Shown piece after piece: positions 37,346 through 47,620 of a DNA stretch of 64,000 nucleotides (the first letter of the stretch is position 1; each line of letters opens with the position of its first letter). The DNA comes from Candidatus Eiseniibacteriota bacterium (GTDB taxonomy: Bacteria; Eisenbacteria; RBG-16-71-46; CAVPCR01). The DNA lies in the NCBI GenBank assembly GCA_963702435.1, contig CAVPCR010000001.1, positions 832,001 through 896,000 on the forward strand, written 5' to 3'. The translations under genes and the position numbers were made by a program. The notes beneath the pieces were generated by a model that worked only from the letters and a program-made list of their open reading frames with translations, did no database searches and was not told the DNA's origin.

Positions 37346-39028
37346 ATGCGCCGTCCCGCCCCGGGCGTACTCGCTCCGTGCTTCGCCGTCCTCCTCGCCG
37401 CCGTCCTCGTCGCCGCCGTCCTCGTCGCTCCCGCATGCGTGCGCTCGCCCGCGCCCGAGGCTCCCCTCTTCGCGGACCTCGGCGGGAACGTGCACCGCAA
37501 GGTCACGACGCGCTCGGCCACGGCCCAGCGCTACTTCGACCAGGGGCTCACCTTCGTCTGGGGTTTCAATCACGAGGAGGCGATCCGGTCCTTCCAGGAG
37601 GTGGCGCGCCAGGATCCGCGGTGCGCCATGGCCTACTGGGGCATGGCGCTCGCAGCAGGCCCGAACATCAACAATCCGGCCATGGATGACTCGACATCGA
37701 AGGCGGCGTTCGAGGCCGTTGAGGAGGCCGAGCGCCGGTCGGGGCGCGCCACCCCGGTCGAAAAGGATCTGATCGCCGCGCTCACCAGGCGCTATGTCTA
37801 TCCGCCGCCCGCGGATCGGAAGTCGCTCGACCAGGCCTATGCGGATGCCATGCGCGAGGTGTGGCGCAAGTACTCTCAGGATTCCGATGTCGGCGCGCTG
37901 TTCGCCGAGGCGCTCATGGATCTCCGCCCGTGGGACCTGTGGTCGCCGGAGGGCGAGCCGCGTCCCGAGACGCCCGAGGTGCTCGCGACAATCGAGGCCG
38001 TGCTCGCCCTCGCCCCCGACCATCCGGGCGGCAACCACTACTACGTGCACGCCTGCGAGGCGTCGCCCGATCCCGGAAAGGCGCTCCCCGCCGCCGACAA
38101 GCTCAGGAACATGGTCCCCGGCGCGGGGCATCTCGTGCACATGCCATCGCACATCGACATCCGGCTCGGGCACTACGACGAGGCGATCGCCGCCAACGAG
38201 CGTGGGATCGCCGCCGATCTCGCTTACGTGAATCAGGTCGGGCGCGGTGGGTTCTACACCTTGTATCGCGCGCACAACTACCACTTCCTGGCCTACGCCG
38301 CCATGTTCGACGGGCGGCGCGAGCTCGCCCTGCAGGCGGCGCGCGACATGATCAACGAGGTGCCGCTCGAGCTCGTGCGCTCGCTGCCGAACTTCCTGGA
38401 CGCCTACCTGGCCACGCCCTACCACGTGATGGTGCGCTTCGGACTGTGGGAGGGCCTCTTGAAGGAGCCGGCCCCGCCCGCCGACCTGAAGGCGACGACC
38501 GCGTTCTGGCATGGCACGCGCACGGTGGCGCTCGCCGCGCTCGGCCGCGTGGACGAGGCGACCGCGGCCCGCGCGGCGTTCGAGGTCGCCTGCGCGGAGG
38601 TGCCCGCGGAGTATCTCCTCGGGAACAACCCGGTGCGCAGCGTGCTCGATGTCGCGCGGCCCTTCGTCGAGGGCGAGCTCGAGTACCGGAAGGGGAACGT
38701 GGATCGCGCCTTCGAGCTATTGCGGGAGTCGGTTAAGCGCGACGAGGCGCTCCGCTACGACGAACCGTGGGGATGGATGGAGCCCGTGAGCCACGCCCTC
38801 GGCGCGCTCCTCCTCGAGCAGGGCCGGGTCGCGGAGGCGACGGCGGTCTACCGCCGGGATCTCGAGCTCCATCCCGGCAACGGCTGGGCGCTCCACGGGC
38901 TGGCCGAATGCCTCCGGCGGAGCGGCGAGGCGGCGGAGGCCGCGGCGGTCGAGGCGCGCTACAAGGAGGCCTGGTCAGAAGCGGACATCGCGATCAAGGC
39001 GTCCTGCTTCTGTCGGACCAAGGCGTAG
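37346..39028 (+). CDS. TPR-repeat lipoprotein
   Basis: Lipobox VAPAC; AQRYFDQGL...GFNHEEA, HLVHMPSHI, C-terminal SCFC. Confidence 0.85.
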   Translation: MRRPAPGVLAPCFAVLLAAVLVAAVLVAPACVRSPAPEAPLFADLGGNVHRKVTTRSATAQRYFDQGLTFVWGFNHEEAIRSFQEVARQDPRCAMAYWGMALAAGPNINNPAMDDSTSKAAFEAVEEAERRSGRATPVEKDLIAALTRRYVYPPPADRKSLDQAYADAMREVWRKYSQDSDVGALFAEALMDLRPWDLWSPEGEPRPETPEVLATIEAVLALAPDHPGGNHYYVHACEASPDPGKALPAADKLRNMVPGAGHLVHMPSHIDIRLGHYDEAIAANERGIAADLAYVNQVGRGGFYTLYRAHNYHFLAYAAMFDGRRELALQAARDMINEVPLELVRSLPNFLDAYLATPYHVMVRFGLWEGLLKEPAPPADLKATTAFWHGTRTVALAALGRVDEATAARAAFEVACAEVPAEYLLGNNPVRSVLDVARPFVEGELEYRKGNVDRAFELLRESVKRDEALRYDEPWGWMEPVSHALGALLLEQGRVAEATAVYRRDLELHPGNGWALHGLAECLRRSGEAAEAAAVEARYKEAWSEADIAIKASCFCRTKA

Positions 39029-39150
39029 ACGGGCGCGGGCGACGGCGGGGTGCCGGGCGGGCGGCGCCCCGCCGCACCCCCTGTCGCCGGCGTCCCCGAA
39101 TCCTCCGGCCGGGATCCTGGCTCCCACCCCGTGAAAGGAGCCGGAGAGCC

Positions 39151-39825
39151 ATGAAGCTGATTCCATCCCGCGAGACCCAGTTGCTCCGCGACCACTTCGC
39201 GAACGAGATGACCGGCCCGGTCACGATCGAGCTCTACACGCAGCGCGAATCGAGCATCATCCTCCCGATCCAGGAATGCGCAACCTGCAAGGACACCCGC
39301 GAGCTCTTGACCGAGGTGGCAGGTCTCTCGAACTCGATCCAGCTCGAGGCGCACGACTTCGTGGCGGAGACGGACGGGGCCCGGGCCGCGGGGATCGATC
39401 GCATTCCGGCCTTCGTGCTCAAGGGAGCTGCGAAGGGGCGAGTGCGCTACTTCGGCATCCCGTCCGGGTACGAGTTCACGAGCCTGATCCAGGGCCTGAC
39501 GGACGTCTCGCGCGGCACGACCGATCTCGCCGCGGCGACCAGGGAGGCGCTGGCCGGGCTCACGACGGACGTGCACATCAAGGTGTTCGTGACGCCGACC
39601 TGCCCCCACTGCCCCGGCATCGCGCACCTCGCCCACCAGTTCGCGATCGAGAGCCCCCGCATCACCGCCGACGTGATCGAGGCGAGCGAGTTCCCCGACC
39701 TCGTCCAGCGCTACGGGGTGAGCGGCGTGCCGCGAACCATCATCAACGAGACGATCGACCTGATGGGCGCGGTGCCCGAGGCGAGCTTCCTCGAAGCGAT
39801 CTTGCAGACACAAAGGGCGGCTTAG
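39151..39825 (+). CDS. Protein-disulfide oxidoreductase (two thioredoxin folds, AhpF-NTD-like)
   Basis: CATC, GIPSGYEF, TPTCPHC, VSGVP. Confidence 0.9.
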   Translation: MKLIPSRETQLLRDHFANEMTGPVTIELYTQRESSIILPIQECATCKDTRELLTEVAGLSNSIQLEAHDFVAETDGARAAGIDRIPAFVLKGAAKGRVRYFGIPSGYEFTSLIQGLTDVSRGTTDLAAATREALAGLTTDVHIKVFVTPTCPHCPGIAHLAHQFAIESPRITADVIEASEFPDLVQRYGVSGVPRTIINETIDLMGAVPEASFLEAILQTQRAA

Positions 39826-39869
39826 CCAACCGCCCGGGGATCACGCGAGGTCTACGCAGCGACGGCGCT

Positions 39870-39960
39870 CTACTCCCACAGAGCCCGGATGGGGACGGCG
39901 AACAGGTTCTCGCCGAAGGGCACAAACCGCAGATCGTCGCGGCTGATTGCAAGGTTTCTG
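39870..39960 (-). pseudogene. Possible C-terminal remnant of an AAA+/DUF4143 gene
   Basis: Lower-GC patch translating to FVPFGENLFAVPIRALWE*. Confidence 0.4.
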
Positions 39961-39979
39961 CTCGGCTGATTGAAACCTC

Positions 39980-40564
39980 TCATCCCGGTCGTTCGAGAGG
40001 TCCCTTCCTGGCGGCTGGCGGCCGCCGGCTGTGGGATGCCGGAGCCTGGCAGGCCGCCTCCCGTGTCAGGGCGGCGATCATCGCCGCGAGCCCGGGAAAT
40101 GCGCGGACGAGCGCGGCACGATCGCCCAGCTCGAAGTCCCGCGGATCGAATCCGGGCGCCATGGTCGTCCCCAGGAGAGCGAAGGCACCACCCTCTAGCA
40201 GTCGCGACCCCTGCCACACCCCCGCCGGGACGACCACTTGCGGAGCCATGCCGTTCGCGATGTCCCTGCCGATGATGACCGCTTCGCCCGTGCCGTCCTC
40301 CCTGAGCTGGAGCATCTCGACAGGGTCACCCAGGTAGAAGTGGTAGACCTCGTCGCCACGCAGGCGGTGCATCGCGGAGAAGCTGTCCGGCGTGAGCAGG
40401 TAGTAGATCGCGGTGCCGGCCGCGCGATCGCCCCCATACTCTCCGGGCAGCGCCGGCGCCGGCAGACGGAGTCGCGAGCGGTAGGTCTCCCGGAAGAACC
40501 CACCTTCTCCGGGCAGCGGTGCGAGATCCAGCATCCGAATCACGTCGTCAGCGCTCGGAGCCAT
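39980..40564 (-). CDS. Cupin superfamily protein (DUF985)
   Basis: PGEGGFFRETYRS, TAIYYLL, HRLRGDEVYHFYLG, APGFDPRDF. Confidence 0.92.
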   Translation of the reverse strand: MAPSADDVIRMLDLAPLPGEGGFFRETYRSRLRLPAPALPGEYGGDRAAGTAIYYLLTPDSFSAMHRLRGDEVYHFYLGDPVEMLQLREDGTGEAVIIGRDIANGMAPQVVVPAGVWQGSRLLEGGAFALLGTTMAPGFDPRDFELGDRAALVRAFPGLAAMIAALTREAACQAPASHSRRPPAARKGPLERPG

Positions 40565-40687
40565 GGCAGACACCTCTCACAGCTCGACCGATGTTCAGTC
40601 CGCGGGCGATGCGGCAACGACCCACGCTTCCAGCTTCCCGGCGGCGGCCAGCACCGCGGGATCCGGACGCCACCTCACCGGCAGTGC

Positions 40688-42067
40688 CTACTTCCCGCTG
40701 CGCGCTTCCTCGTCCGTGTGCCCGTCGGCGTAGTGGCCGCGGACCTTCACGATCCTGCCCTTCGCGTCGCGCTCGAAGCCGAGGCGGAAGAAATCGAGGT
40801 CCACGACCCGGAAGAGGTCCTTCGCCATCGGCTCCATCCGGAAGCTCGGGCGACCCTCCCGCTGGTAGTGGAGCGACCCGTTCTCGAGGAAGATGCGGCG
40901 CGGTCCATAGTCGCCCACGTATTCCTTCATCTGCGGCGCGGAGAGCGCGAGCGGGTGCCGGTGGCTCTCCACATCGGCGAGCGCCCACGCGAGCTCGAAC
41001 TTGTCCGCCTCGTCCTCGGCGGCGGCCATGAGCTTCTGCAAGGCATCGGCGTACGCGGCGTCGAGCGCCTCGGCGGCAGGCACCGGCATGTGCGGGACCA
41101 CACCCTTGCCTTCCCAGCCCTCGTTGTTCTCCGGATTGTAGGCGCGGCCGTAGGGGACGCGGATCCCGATGCGGAATCCCTTGAAGTCGAACATGCTCGA
41201 GGCCACGGTGTGTCCCGCGCCGCCGGTCGTATCGCCGACGACGGTCGCCCGCTCGAGATTGCGGAGGTCGAAGGTGAACTCCTCGGCCGCGGAGAACGTG
41301 TTCCCGCTCACGAGGACGTAGACCGGCTGCTCGGCGATGCGTTTCCCCGGCACGTAGTCGGCGCTCCGCGACTGGACGGTCGTCTTCTCGGCGCGGATGT
41401 CCCAGTTGATGAGGTGGGTCTCCTCCGCGAAGAGATAGCCGCAGAGATAGCGGATCATCGCCGCATCGCCGCCGCCGTTGTTGCGGAGATCGAGGATCAC
41501 GGCCCGGCTCAAGGCAAGGAAGTTCATGGCGGCGGTCGCGGCCGCGAAGGCGTCGTCCCCCGACCCGAAGTTGTCGAAGCGCAGGTAGCCCACGCCTCCG
41601 GGCAGGATCTCGGCCTTCTTGAAGCCGTAGTTCGTCGCCCGCATGAGCCGCCGGTGGCGCTCGACCTGGGCCGGGTCCTCATCAGGAGCGGTCGCCTGGA
41701 GCGCCGGGTCGAGCGGCGGGAGGGCGGCGATCTGGAAGTGGCCGTCGTGGTTGATGGCCTGCGCGTCCTCGTACAGCCGGTCCGCGAAGACTGCCGGGTC
41801 GGAGATCTCATCGTAGCGGCCGGCCGCGAGGTTCGAGCGGAGGCCGGCCACGATGCGCCGGGCCGGCTCCTCGAGCACGTACACCGAGTCGATCACCGCC
41901 GTCACGCTGTCGACGATGGCGGCCCGGGCGGCGGCATCGATCGGCGGCAGAGTGCCCGGGGCGGCGACCTGAGCAGGCGCGGCCGGGGCGAGAGTCTGGA
42001 GAACGAGGATCGCGAGGCCGGTCATCCATCCTGACCGGCGGCCGGACATCCTGCATCGTGGGAACAT
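40688..42067 (-). CDS. Secreted S41 family peptidase (IRBP-like)
   Basis: Signal peptide; VGYLRFD, ILDLRNNGGG, TFSAAEEF, VGDTTGG, WEGKGVVP. Confidence 0.9.
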   Translation of the reverse strand: MFPRCRMSGRRSGWMTGLAILVLQTLAPAAPAQVAAPGTLPPIDAAARAAIVDSVTAVIDSVYVLEEPARRIVAGLRSNLAAGRYDEISDPAVFADRLYEDAQAINHDGHFQIAALPPLDPALQATAPDEDPAQVERHRRLMRATNYGFKKAEILPGGVGYLRFDNFGSGDDAFAAATAAMNFLALSRAVILDLRNNGGGDAAMIRYLCGYLFAEETHLINWDIRAEKTTVQSRSADYVPGKRIAEQPVYVLVSGNTFSAAEEFTFDLRNLERATVVGDTTGGAGHTVASSMFDFKGFRIGIRVPYGRAYNPENNEGWEGKGVVPHMPVPAAEALDAAYADALQKLMAAAEDEADKFELAWALADVESHRHPLALSAPQMKEYVGDYGPRRIFLENGSLHYQREGRPSFRMEPMAKDLFRVVDLDFFRLGFERDAKGRIVKVRGHYADGHTDEEARSGK

Positions 42068-42209
42068 GAGGCCTCCTGGCTCCGAGGCAGCCGTCTTCAA
42101 CCGGGACCGGCGGTCGGTCTCTCCTTCGGCTATACGCCGGCGTCCCTCCCGCCGTTGCGCCTCGTTGCTGCCGCGCCTCGTTGATACCCGGCCGCTTCTC
42201 CGGCCGGGC

Positions 42210-42899
42210 CTACACCACGGCCCCGAACAGGCGGCCGATCGCATACGTGATCGCCATGGCGAGGGCGCCCCAGAAGGTGACGCGCAGGACCCCGGTCGCG
42301 GCCCGGGCGCCGCCGGCGCGGGCGGCCAGGCCGCCGAGTCCGGCCAGGAACACGAGCGACATCCCGGTCACGATCGGGGCCAGTGCCGAAGTCGGCGCCA
42401 TCGCCGCGCACAGGAGCGGCAGCGCGGCGCCGACGGCGAACGTGCCCGCCGACGCGAGGGCCGCCTGGACCGGGCGGGCGCGTTGCAGATCGGAGATGCC
42501 GAGCTCATCCCGGGCGTGGGACCCGAGCGCGTCGTGCGCCATCAGCTGGTCGGCCACCTGTGTTGCGAGAGCCGGTTCGAGACCCCGACCGACGTAGATC
42601 GACGCCAGCTCCGCGCGCTCGTGCTCCTCGTCGGTGGCCAGTTCCCGGCGCTCGCGGGCGAGATCCGCTCCCTCGGTATCGGCCTGCGAGCTGACCGAGA
42701 CATACTCGCCGGCCGCCATGGACATGGCGCCGGCGACCAGTCCGGCCACACCGGCGACGAGCACGTCACCCCTGGCGGCACCGGAGCCGGCGACGCCGAG
42801 GACCAGACTCGCAGTGGACACGACGCCGTCGTTCGCGCCCATGACTGCCGCCCGCAACCATCCGATGCGATCCGAGCGATGGCGTTCCGTGTGTCTCAT
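42210..42899 (-). CDS. VIT1/CCC1 family iron/manganese transporter
   Basis: WLRAAVMGANDG, SMAAGEYVSVSSQ, HARDELG. Confidence 0.95.
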   Translation of the reverse strand: MRHTERHRSDRIGWLRAAVMGANDGVVSTASLVLGVAGSGAARGDVLVAGVAGLVAGAMSMAAGEYVSVSSQADTEGADLARERRELATDEEHERAELASIYVGRGLEPALATQVADQLMAHDALGSHARDELGISDLQRARPVQAALASAGTFAVGAALPLLCAAMAPTSALAPIVTGMSLVFLAGLGGLAARAGGARAATGVLRVTFWGALAMAITYAIGRLFGAVV

Positions 42900-42970
42900 G
42901 GGCGTTACCGTCTCCTTCCATCCATGGCGGGCGGCGCCGGGCCGGCGGTGCGCGGCTCGGGCGGCCCCGG

Positions 42971-45900
42971 TCAGATCTTCGGCCTGGGCGGCGCCCCCCC
43001 GGGCAAGAGCGTGATCCAGAAATCGCGCGGGTAGAGACGAACGACGGGGACGGGACGGCCGAAGCTCTCTCGCAGGTAGTCCTCGTAGGACCTGAACTGC
43101 TTCTCGGGGCCGATGATGACCGACTGCCTCTCCTCGATGTCCGCTCCCGCCCCGGCCGAATCCGCCGCCGCCCCGGACCCGGGCACGACCGATCCATAGA
43201 CGGACGCCATGCGCAAGCGCAGCTCATCGTAGAGACCGGGCCTCGAGCGCAGCGCGAGGAGCTGCGTGCGAAAAGCCCTCACCGCCTCCGGGGTGACGCC
43301 GTCGGCGAGGTCGGCCGCCATGGCCTCGCCGCGCGCCTCGTACCGCTGCGCCCCACGATACGGCCCGAACGCCTGGGCGAGCGCGTACTCGCCGAGGGCC
43401 GTGTCGCGCGGCGCGGTCGCGAGCTCGTCCCGGACGAAGCGCATGGTCGTCGCGAGATCGGGAGAGCGCTCCGCGTAGTAGGAGAGCCGGCCCGACGCCG
43501 GGTTCGAGCCGACCCCGTTCGAATACGCGAGCCCCGCTCCCCAGGTCTTCATGAAGAGGCTGTGCGCACCGCCGCCGCCCTGGAGCTGTGCTGCGAGGAA
43601 GCGGAGGAGCGACTCGCGATCGGTGTCCAGATAGCTCGGCGCCTTGACCGTGTTCATGACGACGCCGGCCCGCGTCGACTCGTTCAGGAGGCCGGCATAG
43701 ACCGGACGACCGCCGGCGCCGCTCGCCGCCCGCGCGAGCTCCGGATGCCGATCGCTCGCCCGCGCCACGATCCGCGGCACCGCGGGATAGTCCTGCCGGA
43801 CCGTGGGCTCCGGGCCGAGGCGGTCGGTGAGACGACCGAGGCGCGACGCGAGCTCCGCCGCGAGCGCCGGGTTCGACACGAGGAAGCCGCGCACGTTGTC
43901 GGCACGGAGGAGAAGATCGCGGGTCGCCAAGATGCGGGCGAGCGCCGCCGGCGGCGGCACGGCGAGATCGGCTGCCATCTCGAGGCAGAGCGCGCGCCAG
44001 TCCGCGGCGAGCGTCTCGTCGGGGAGCGCGGCGAGGCTCTGCCGCAGATCGCGCCCCGCCTCCCGGGCCACGAGCGCCGCGGCCCCCGAGAGGACGGCGG
44101 CATCGGCCGCCAGGTCGCGCGCCGCGGCGGACAGCGCCGGCGCCGCGGCGGACAGCGCCGGCGGCACGGCGCCGGGCGCGGCCGGCTCGGCAAGCGCCCC
44201 GGCCAGGGCGAGGAGCCCCGCTCGATCGGCCGTCTCGCCACAATCGGCGAGCGAGCGCAAGAATTCACCGGCGGCGGCGAGCTCGGCGGGCGAGCCCGGA
44301 TCCATGAGCTGCCAGCGCAGGCGGAGGAGCGCGTGCTCCTGCGTGAGGAAGCAGTCGGCGAGGAGGAGAGCCGGATCGTCCTGCCGCCAGTAGGCGCTCC
44401 CCACCTCGTCGACCCACGTCTCTTCCCACCCGCGCATGCGCTCGCGCGCGCCGGCGAGGGCGGCATCGATCGCATCGCGGATGCGCGGCAGGTTCTCGCT
44501 GCGCCAGTCGGCGGCGAAGAGGACGGTCTCGATCCAGTCGAGCGCCGCGAGCGACTCCGTCCGATCGGAGCCGGCACCGCGCACGACGATCTCGGCGCGC
44601 CCGCTCCGGTGATTGACACTCGGATACGCAGCGAGCTCGAGCACCTCGCGGCGGAGCGCCTCCTTCATCGTGGTGTAGGACAGCGTCTCTCCGCCGCGCA
44701 CGGCGCCGACATCGGTCAACAAGGTCGGGAGCGCCGGCACGCAGGCGAGGAGCGACTCGGGCACGGCATCGAGGCGAAAGGCGAGGCCCACCGTCGCCCC
44801 CGACATGTGGTCGAAGGTGGATGTCACGAGGCCCCCCGCCCGCCCGCCGGGGAAATCGCCGACCCGATAGTGGAGCTCATCATCGAGCGTGAGCGGCGGA
44901 TCGGCGACAAACGGCGGCAGGGCGACGGCTCGCGCCGCCCCCTCGATCTCGGCGGTCGCCAGGTCGTACTCCGCCTTGAAGCGCCCGATCGCCTGGTCGC
45001 GGCTCTCCGCGTCGTACTGCTCCTCGAGGCGGATGGCGAACTCCTCGACGCGCGCGGCCCGCGCCGCCTCCGAGTGGGCGAGCAGATCGGGATTCGGCCG
45101 CGCGGCGACGACGACCGGCAGCCGGCGGGCGATCGCGAGCCGCTCGATCGTGCCGCGCCACACGTTGCGGTCGGCGGCGAGCGCCTTGGCGACCGCGCCG
45201 AACTCCGCCTCGAGCGCGAGCGACTTCCGCGGTCCAGCCACGCCCTGGAGGCGGGTCAGATGCTCCATCCAGGCGGCGCCCATGTTGCGGGCGCCGAACC
45301 CGGGCGGGGAGTCGAGGAACTTGCGGAGCTCGCGCTCCTGCTCGCGGAGTCGATTGGCGGCCCGCTCGTTGTAGGCACGGAGCTCGGCCGACCCGTCGGG
45401 CAGCGCGGCGACGCGCTCGAGCTCGGCGACGACGAGGGCGCGCACCGCGGCGAGGTCCCGCTCCGTCATCAGGCCGGGCCGCACGTTCTGGAGCCCGACG
45501 TAGAACGGGCGGCCCGGGTCCTCGGTCGTCCAGCCGAACACGGCGCTCGCGCCCAGGTCCATCACCCGCGTCTCCGAATCGATGAAGATGCGATGGAGAT
45601 CGGACGTCTCGCCCCCGGCCAGGTTCCGGACGAGGAGATCGAGGAGCATCGCATCGACCACCTCCAGATCGTGGAGCGGCGCCCAGCCGAGGAGCAGGAT
45701 CCCGGGCTCGTTCGGATTCTGGTGCGGGAACTCGACAATCGCGATCGTGCCGGGAGCGGCGGGGGCCGGGGCCGGGAGCCGCTCGGCGGTGGTGGCCGGA
45801 TCGGGGCCGGGACGCGCCGCCGGCTCGATCCGCTTGAGGATCGCGCTCACGCGCCCGAGGCAGTCCGCGAGCGGGACCGCGTCCGGGATCGACATCACCA

Positions 45901-46720
45901 GGCCCATGTTCGAGAGATGATGCGTCGCCGCCAGGAACTCCCGCATGTGGCCGGGCACCATCGTGCGGATCGAATCGGGGAAGCCGCCGGAGGAGAGGGC
46001 CATCGGATGGCGCGGGCCGTACTGGAGGTGATCCATCGCCCGGGCGAGCGGGCCCCACGGCCGTTCGAAGCTCGTGACCATCTCGTTGTAGACGGTCCCC
46101 TTCTCCTCGAGGCGCGCAACGCCGGTCGCCGGATCGACGGCGACCCCCATGTGGCATACCTCGCGCCGGATCTCCTCGTCGGTGAAGTCGGGATGGATCA
46201 TCGCCTCAAGCTTGGCGGCGAGGAGATCGTAGAAGGCCTCGGCGCCGGCGGCGGTGTGGAAGTGGTAGCAGGTGCGCAGCCGCATCGTGAACGCGGAGCT
46301 CGTCCCGAGCGACATGTCCTCGAGCGAGGCCACGGCGCGCCCGCGGTTGCCCTTGCCGAGGAGAAGGTGCTCGCAGGTGTGCGGCTCGCCACGATCGGAG
46401 GACGGCGTCGAGTTGACCCACATGAAGGCCTGCGGCACCGACTGGATGCGGAGGCCATCGAGCACGAGGCCGCTCGGCGTGTGCCGGAAGCGGGCGCCCA
46501 TCGCGCTGCCGGTGGCGGCGAGGTAGATCGATTCGACCCGGAAGTCGGCGATCGTGGTCCCCGGGGCGAGGTCGGCGAAGTCGCGATCGGCCGCGGGGGC
46601 GGCAGCGCGGGCGCCGGCGGCAGCGCGGGCGCCGGCGGCAGCGAGCACGGTGGCGAAAAGAACCGCGAGACCGAGCAACAGGCGTCCGCCCCGGAGCGGG
46701 AGCGGGCAGCGATTCGACAT
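42971..46720 (-). CDS. Large secreted M16C-like (insulinase/PreP) metallopeptidase
   Basis: Signal peptide; inverted zinc motif HTCEH; GTVYNEM; SSGGFP; GLAY near C-terminus. Confidence 0.8.
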   Translation of the reverse strand: MSNRCPLPLRGGRLLLGLAVLFATVLAAAGARAAAGARAAAPAADRDFADLAPGTTIADFRVESIYLAATGSAMGARFRHTPSGLVLDGLRIQSVPQAFMWVNSTPSSDRGEPHTCEHLLLGKGNRGRAVASLEDMSLGTSSAFTMRLRTCYHFHTAAGAEAFYDLLAAKLEAMIHPDFTDEEIRREVCHMGVAVDPATGVARLEEKGTVYNEMVTSFERPWGPLARAMDHLQYGPRHPMALSSGGFPDSIRTMVPGHMREFLAATHHLSNMGLVMSIPDAVPLADCLGRVSAILKRIEPAARPGPDPATTAERLPAPAPAAPGTIAIVEFPHQNPNEPGILLLGWAPLHDLEVVDAMLLDLLVRNLAGGETSDLHRIFIDSETRVMDLGASAVFGWTTEDPGRPFYVGLQNVRPGLMTERDLAAVRALVVAELERVAALPDGSAELRAYNERAANRLREQERELRKFLDSPPGFGARNMGAAWMEHLTRLQGVAGPRKSLALEAEFGAVAKALAADRNVWRGTIERLAIARRLPVVVAARPNPDLLAHSEAARAARVEEFAIRLEEQYDAESRDQAIGRFKAEYDLATAEIEGAARAVALPPFVADPPLTLDDELHYRVGDFPGGRAGGLVTSTFDHMSGATVGLAFRLDAVPESLLACVPALPTLLTDVGAVRGGETLSYTTMKEALRREVLELAAYPSVNHRSGRAEIVVRGAGSDRTESLAALDWIETVLFAADWRSENLPRIRDAIDAALAGARERMRGWEETWVDEVGSAYWRQDDPALLLADCFLTQEHALLRLRWQLMDPGSPAELAAAGEFLRSLADCGETADRAGLLALAGALAEPAAPGAVPPALSAAAPALSAAARDLAADAAVLSGAAALVAREAGRDLRQSLAALPDETLAADWRALCLEMAADLAVPPPAALARILATRDLLLRADNVRGFLVSNPALAAELASRLGRLTDRLGPEPTVRQDYPAVPRIVARASDRHPELARAASGAGGRPVYAGLLNESTRAGVVMNTVKAPSYLDTDRESLLRFLAAQLQGGGGAHSLFMKTWGAGLAYSNGVGSNPASGRLSYYAERSPDLATTMRFVRDELATAPRDTALGEYALAQAFGPYRGAQRYEARGEAMAADLADGVTPEAVRAFRTQLLALRSRPGLYDELRLRMASVYGSVVPGSGAAADSAGAGADIEERQSVIIGPEKQFRSYEDYLRESFGRPVPVVRLYPRDFWITLLPGGAPPRPKI

Positions 46721-46813
46721 GGCGCATCCTCTCGACTGGAAGGAGATCCGGGCGGGAGAGAGGATGACAGGGACCCGCGGCGGGGACAAGGATGTCCCTC
46801 GCCGCGCGCGACG

Positions 46814-47521
46814 CTATGCCAGGTCGAACACGAGGACCTCGGACTCCGCGGAACCGGGCCCGCCGGCGATCCGGAGCCGGTCCTCGCCGCTCACCGCCGC
46901 GCCGTCTCCCGCCCCGAGCGCGACCCCGTTCAGCTCGACGCCGCCGCGCGCGACCTGGATCCAGGCGTGCCGGCCCGGGGCGAGCGCGTGCTCGACCGCG
47001 GCGCCCGGCGCCAGCAGCGAGGCATAGACCGCGGCGTCCTGGTGGATGGTGACCGCCCCGTCCTGCCCGCCATGGGCTGCGATGAGACGCAGCTTTCCGC
47101 GGCGCTCCGCCGCCGGGAACGCGCGCTGCTCGTACTCCGGGGTGATCCCTCTCTGCTCGGGCAGGATCCAGATCTGGAGGAGATGCACGCGCTCGGCCGG
47201 GGATGGGTTGAACTCGCTGTGGAGGACGCCGGTGCCGGCGCTCATGCGCTGCACCTCGCCGGGGCGGATGCGGGAGCCGTTCCCCATGCTGTCCTTGTGC
47301 TCGAGCTCGCCGGCCAGGAGATAGGTGATGATCTCCATGTCGCGATGGGGATGCATGCCGAAGCCCTGCCCCGGCTCGACCCGGTCCTCGTTGATCACGC
47401 GGAGCGTGCGGAACCCCATGTGGTCGGGATCCCGGTACTCGCCGAACGAGAAGGTGTGCCAGGTGTCGAGCCAGCCCATGTCGAAGTGGCCGCGCTCGGC
47501 GGCCGGTCGTCTGGTGATCAT
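46814..47521 (-). CDS. Pirin family protein (YhhW-like)
   Basis: HTFSF, LRVINED, HPHRDMEI, MSAGTGVLHSE, LQIWI. Confidence 0.95.
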   Translation of the reverse strand: MITRRPAAERGHFDMGWLDTWHTFSFGEYRDPDHMGFRTLRVINEDRVEPGQGFGMHPHRDMEIITYLLAGELEHKDSMGNGSRIRPGEVQRMSAGTGVLHSEFNPSPAERVHLLQIWILPEQRGITPEYEQRAFPAAERRGKLRLIAAHGGQDGAVTIHQDAAVYASLLAPGAAVEHALAPGRHAWIQVARGGVELNGVALGAGDGAAVSGEDRLRIAGGPGSAESEVLVFDLA

Positions 47522-47535
47522 GGCCAACCCTTCCT

Positions 47536-47559
47536 CATGCCATGCGACATGCTATGCGA
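47536..47559. repeat. 12-bp direct repeat in the divergent pirin/GDPD intergenic region
   Basis: catgccatgcga catgctatgcga. Confidence 0.7.
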
Positions 47560-47620
47560 CTCCATAATACTGAGGCTCCGGGCCTTCCCCCCGCACGTCA
47601 ACAGGATGTAAATTGTGCCC

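Noticed and set aside
39151..39825. Selenocysteine in the PDO or ars-cluster thioredoxins
   Set aside because: Active-site positions are ordinary Cys codons with no in-frame TGA
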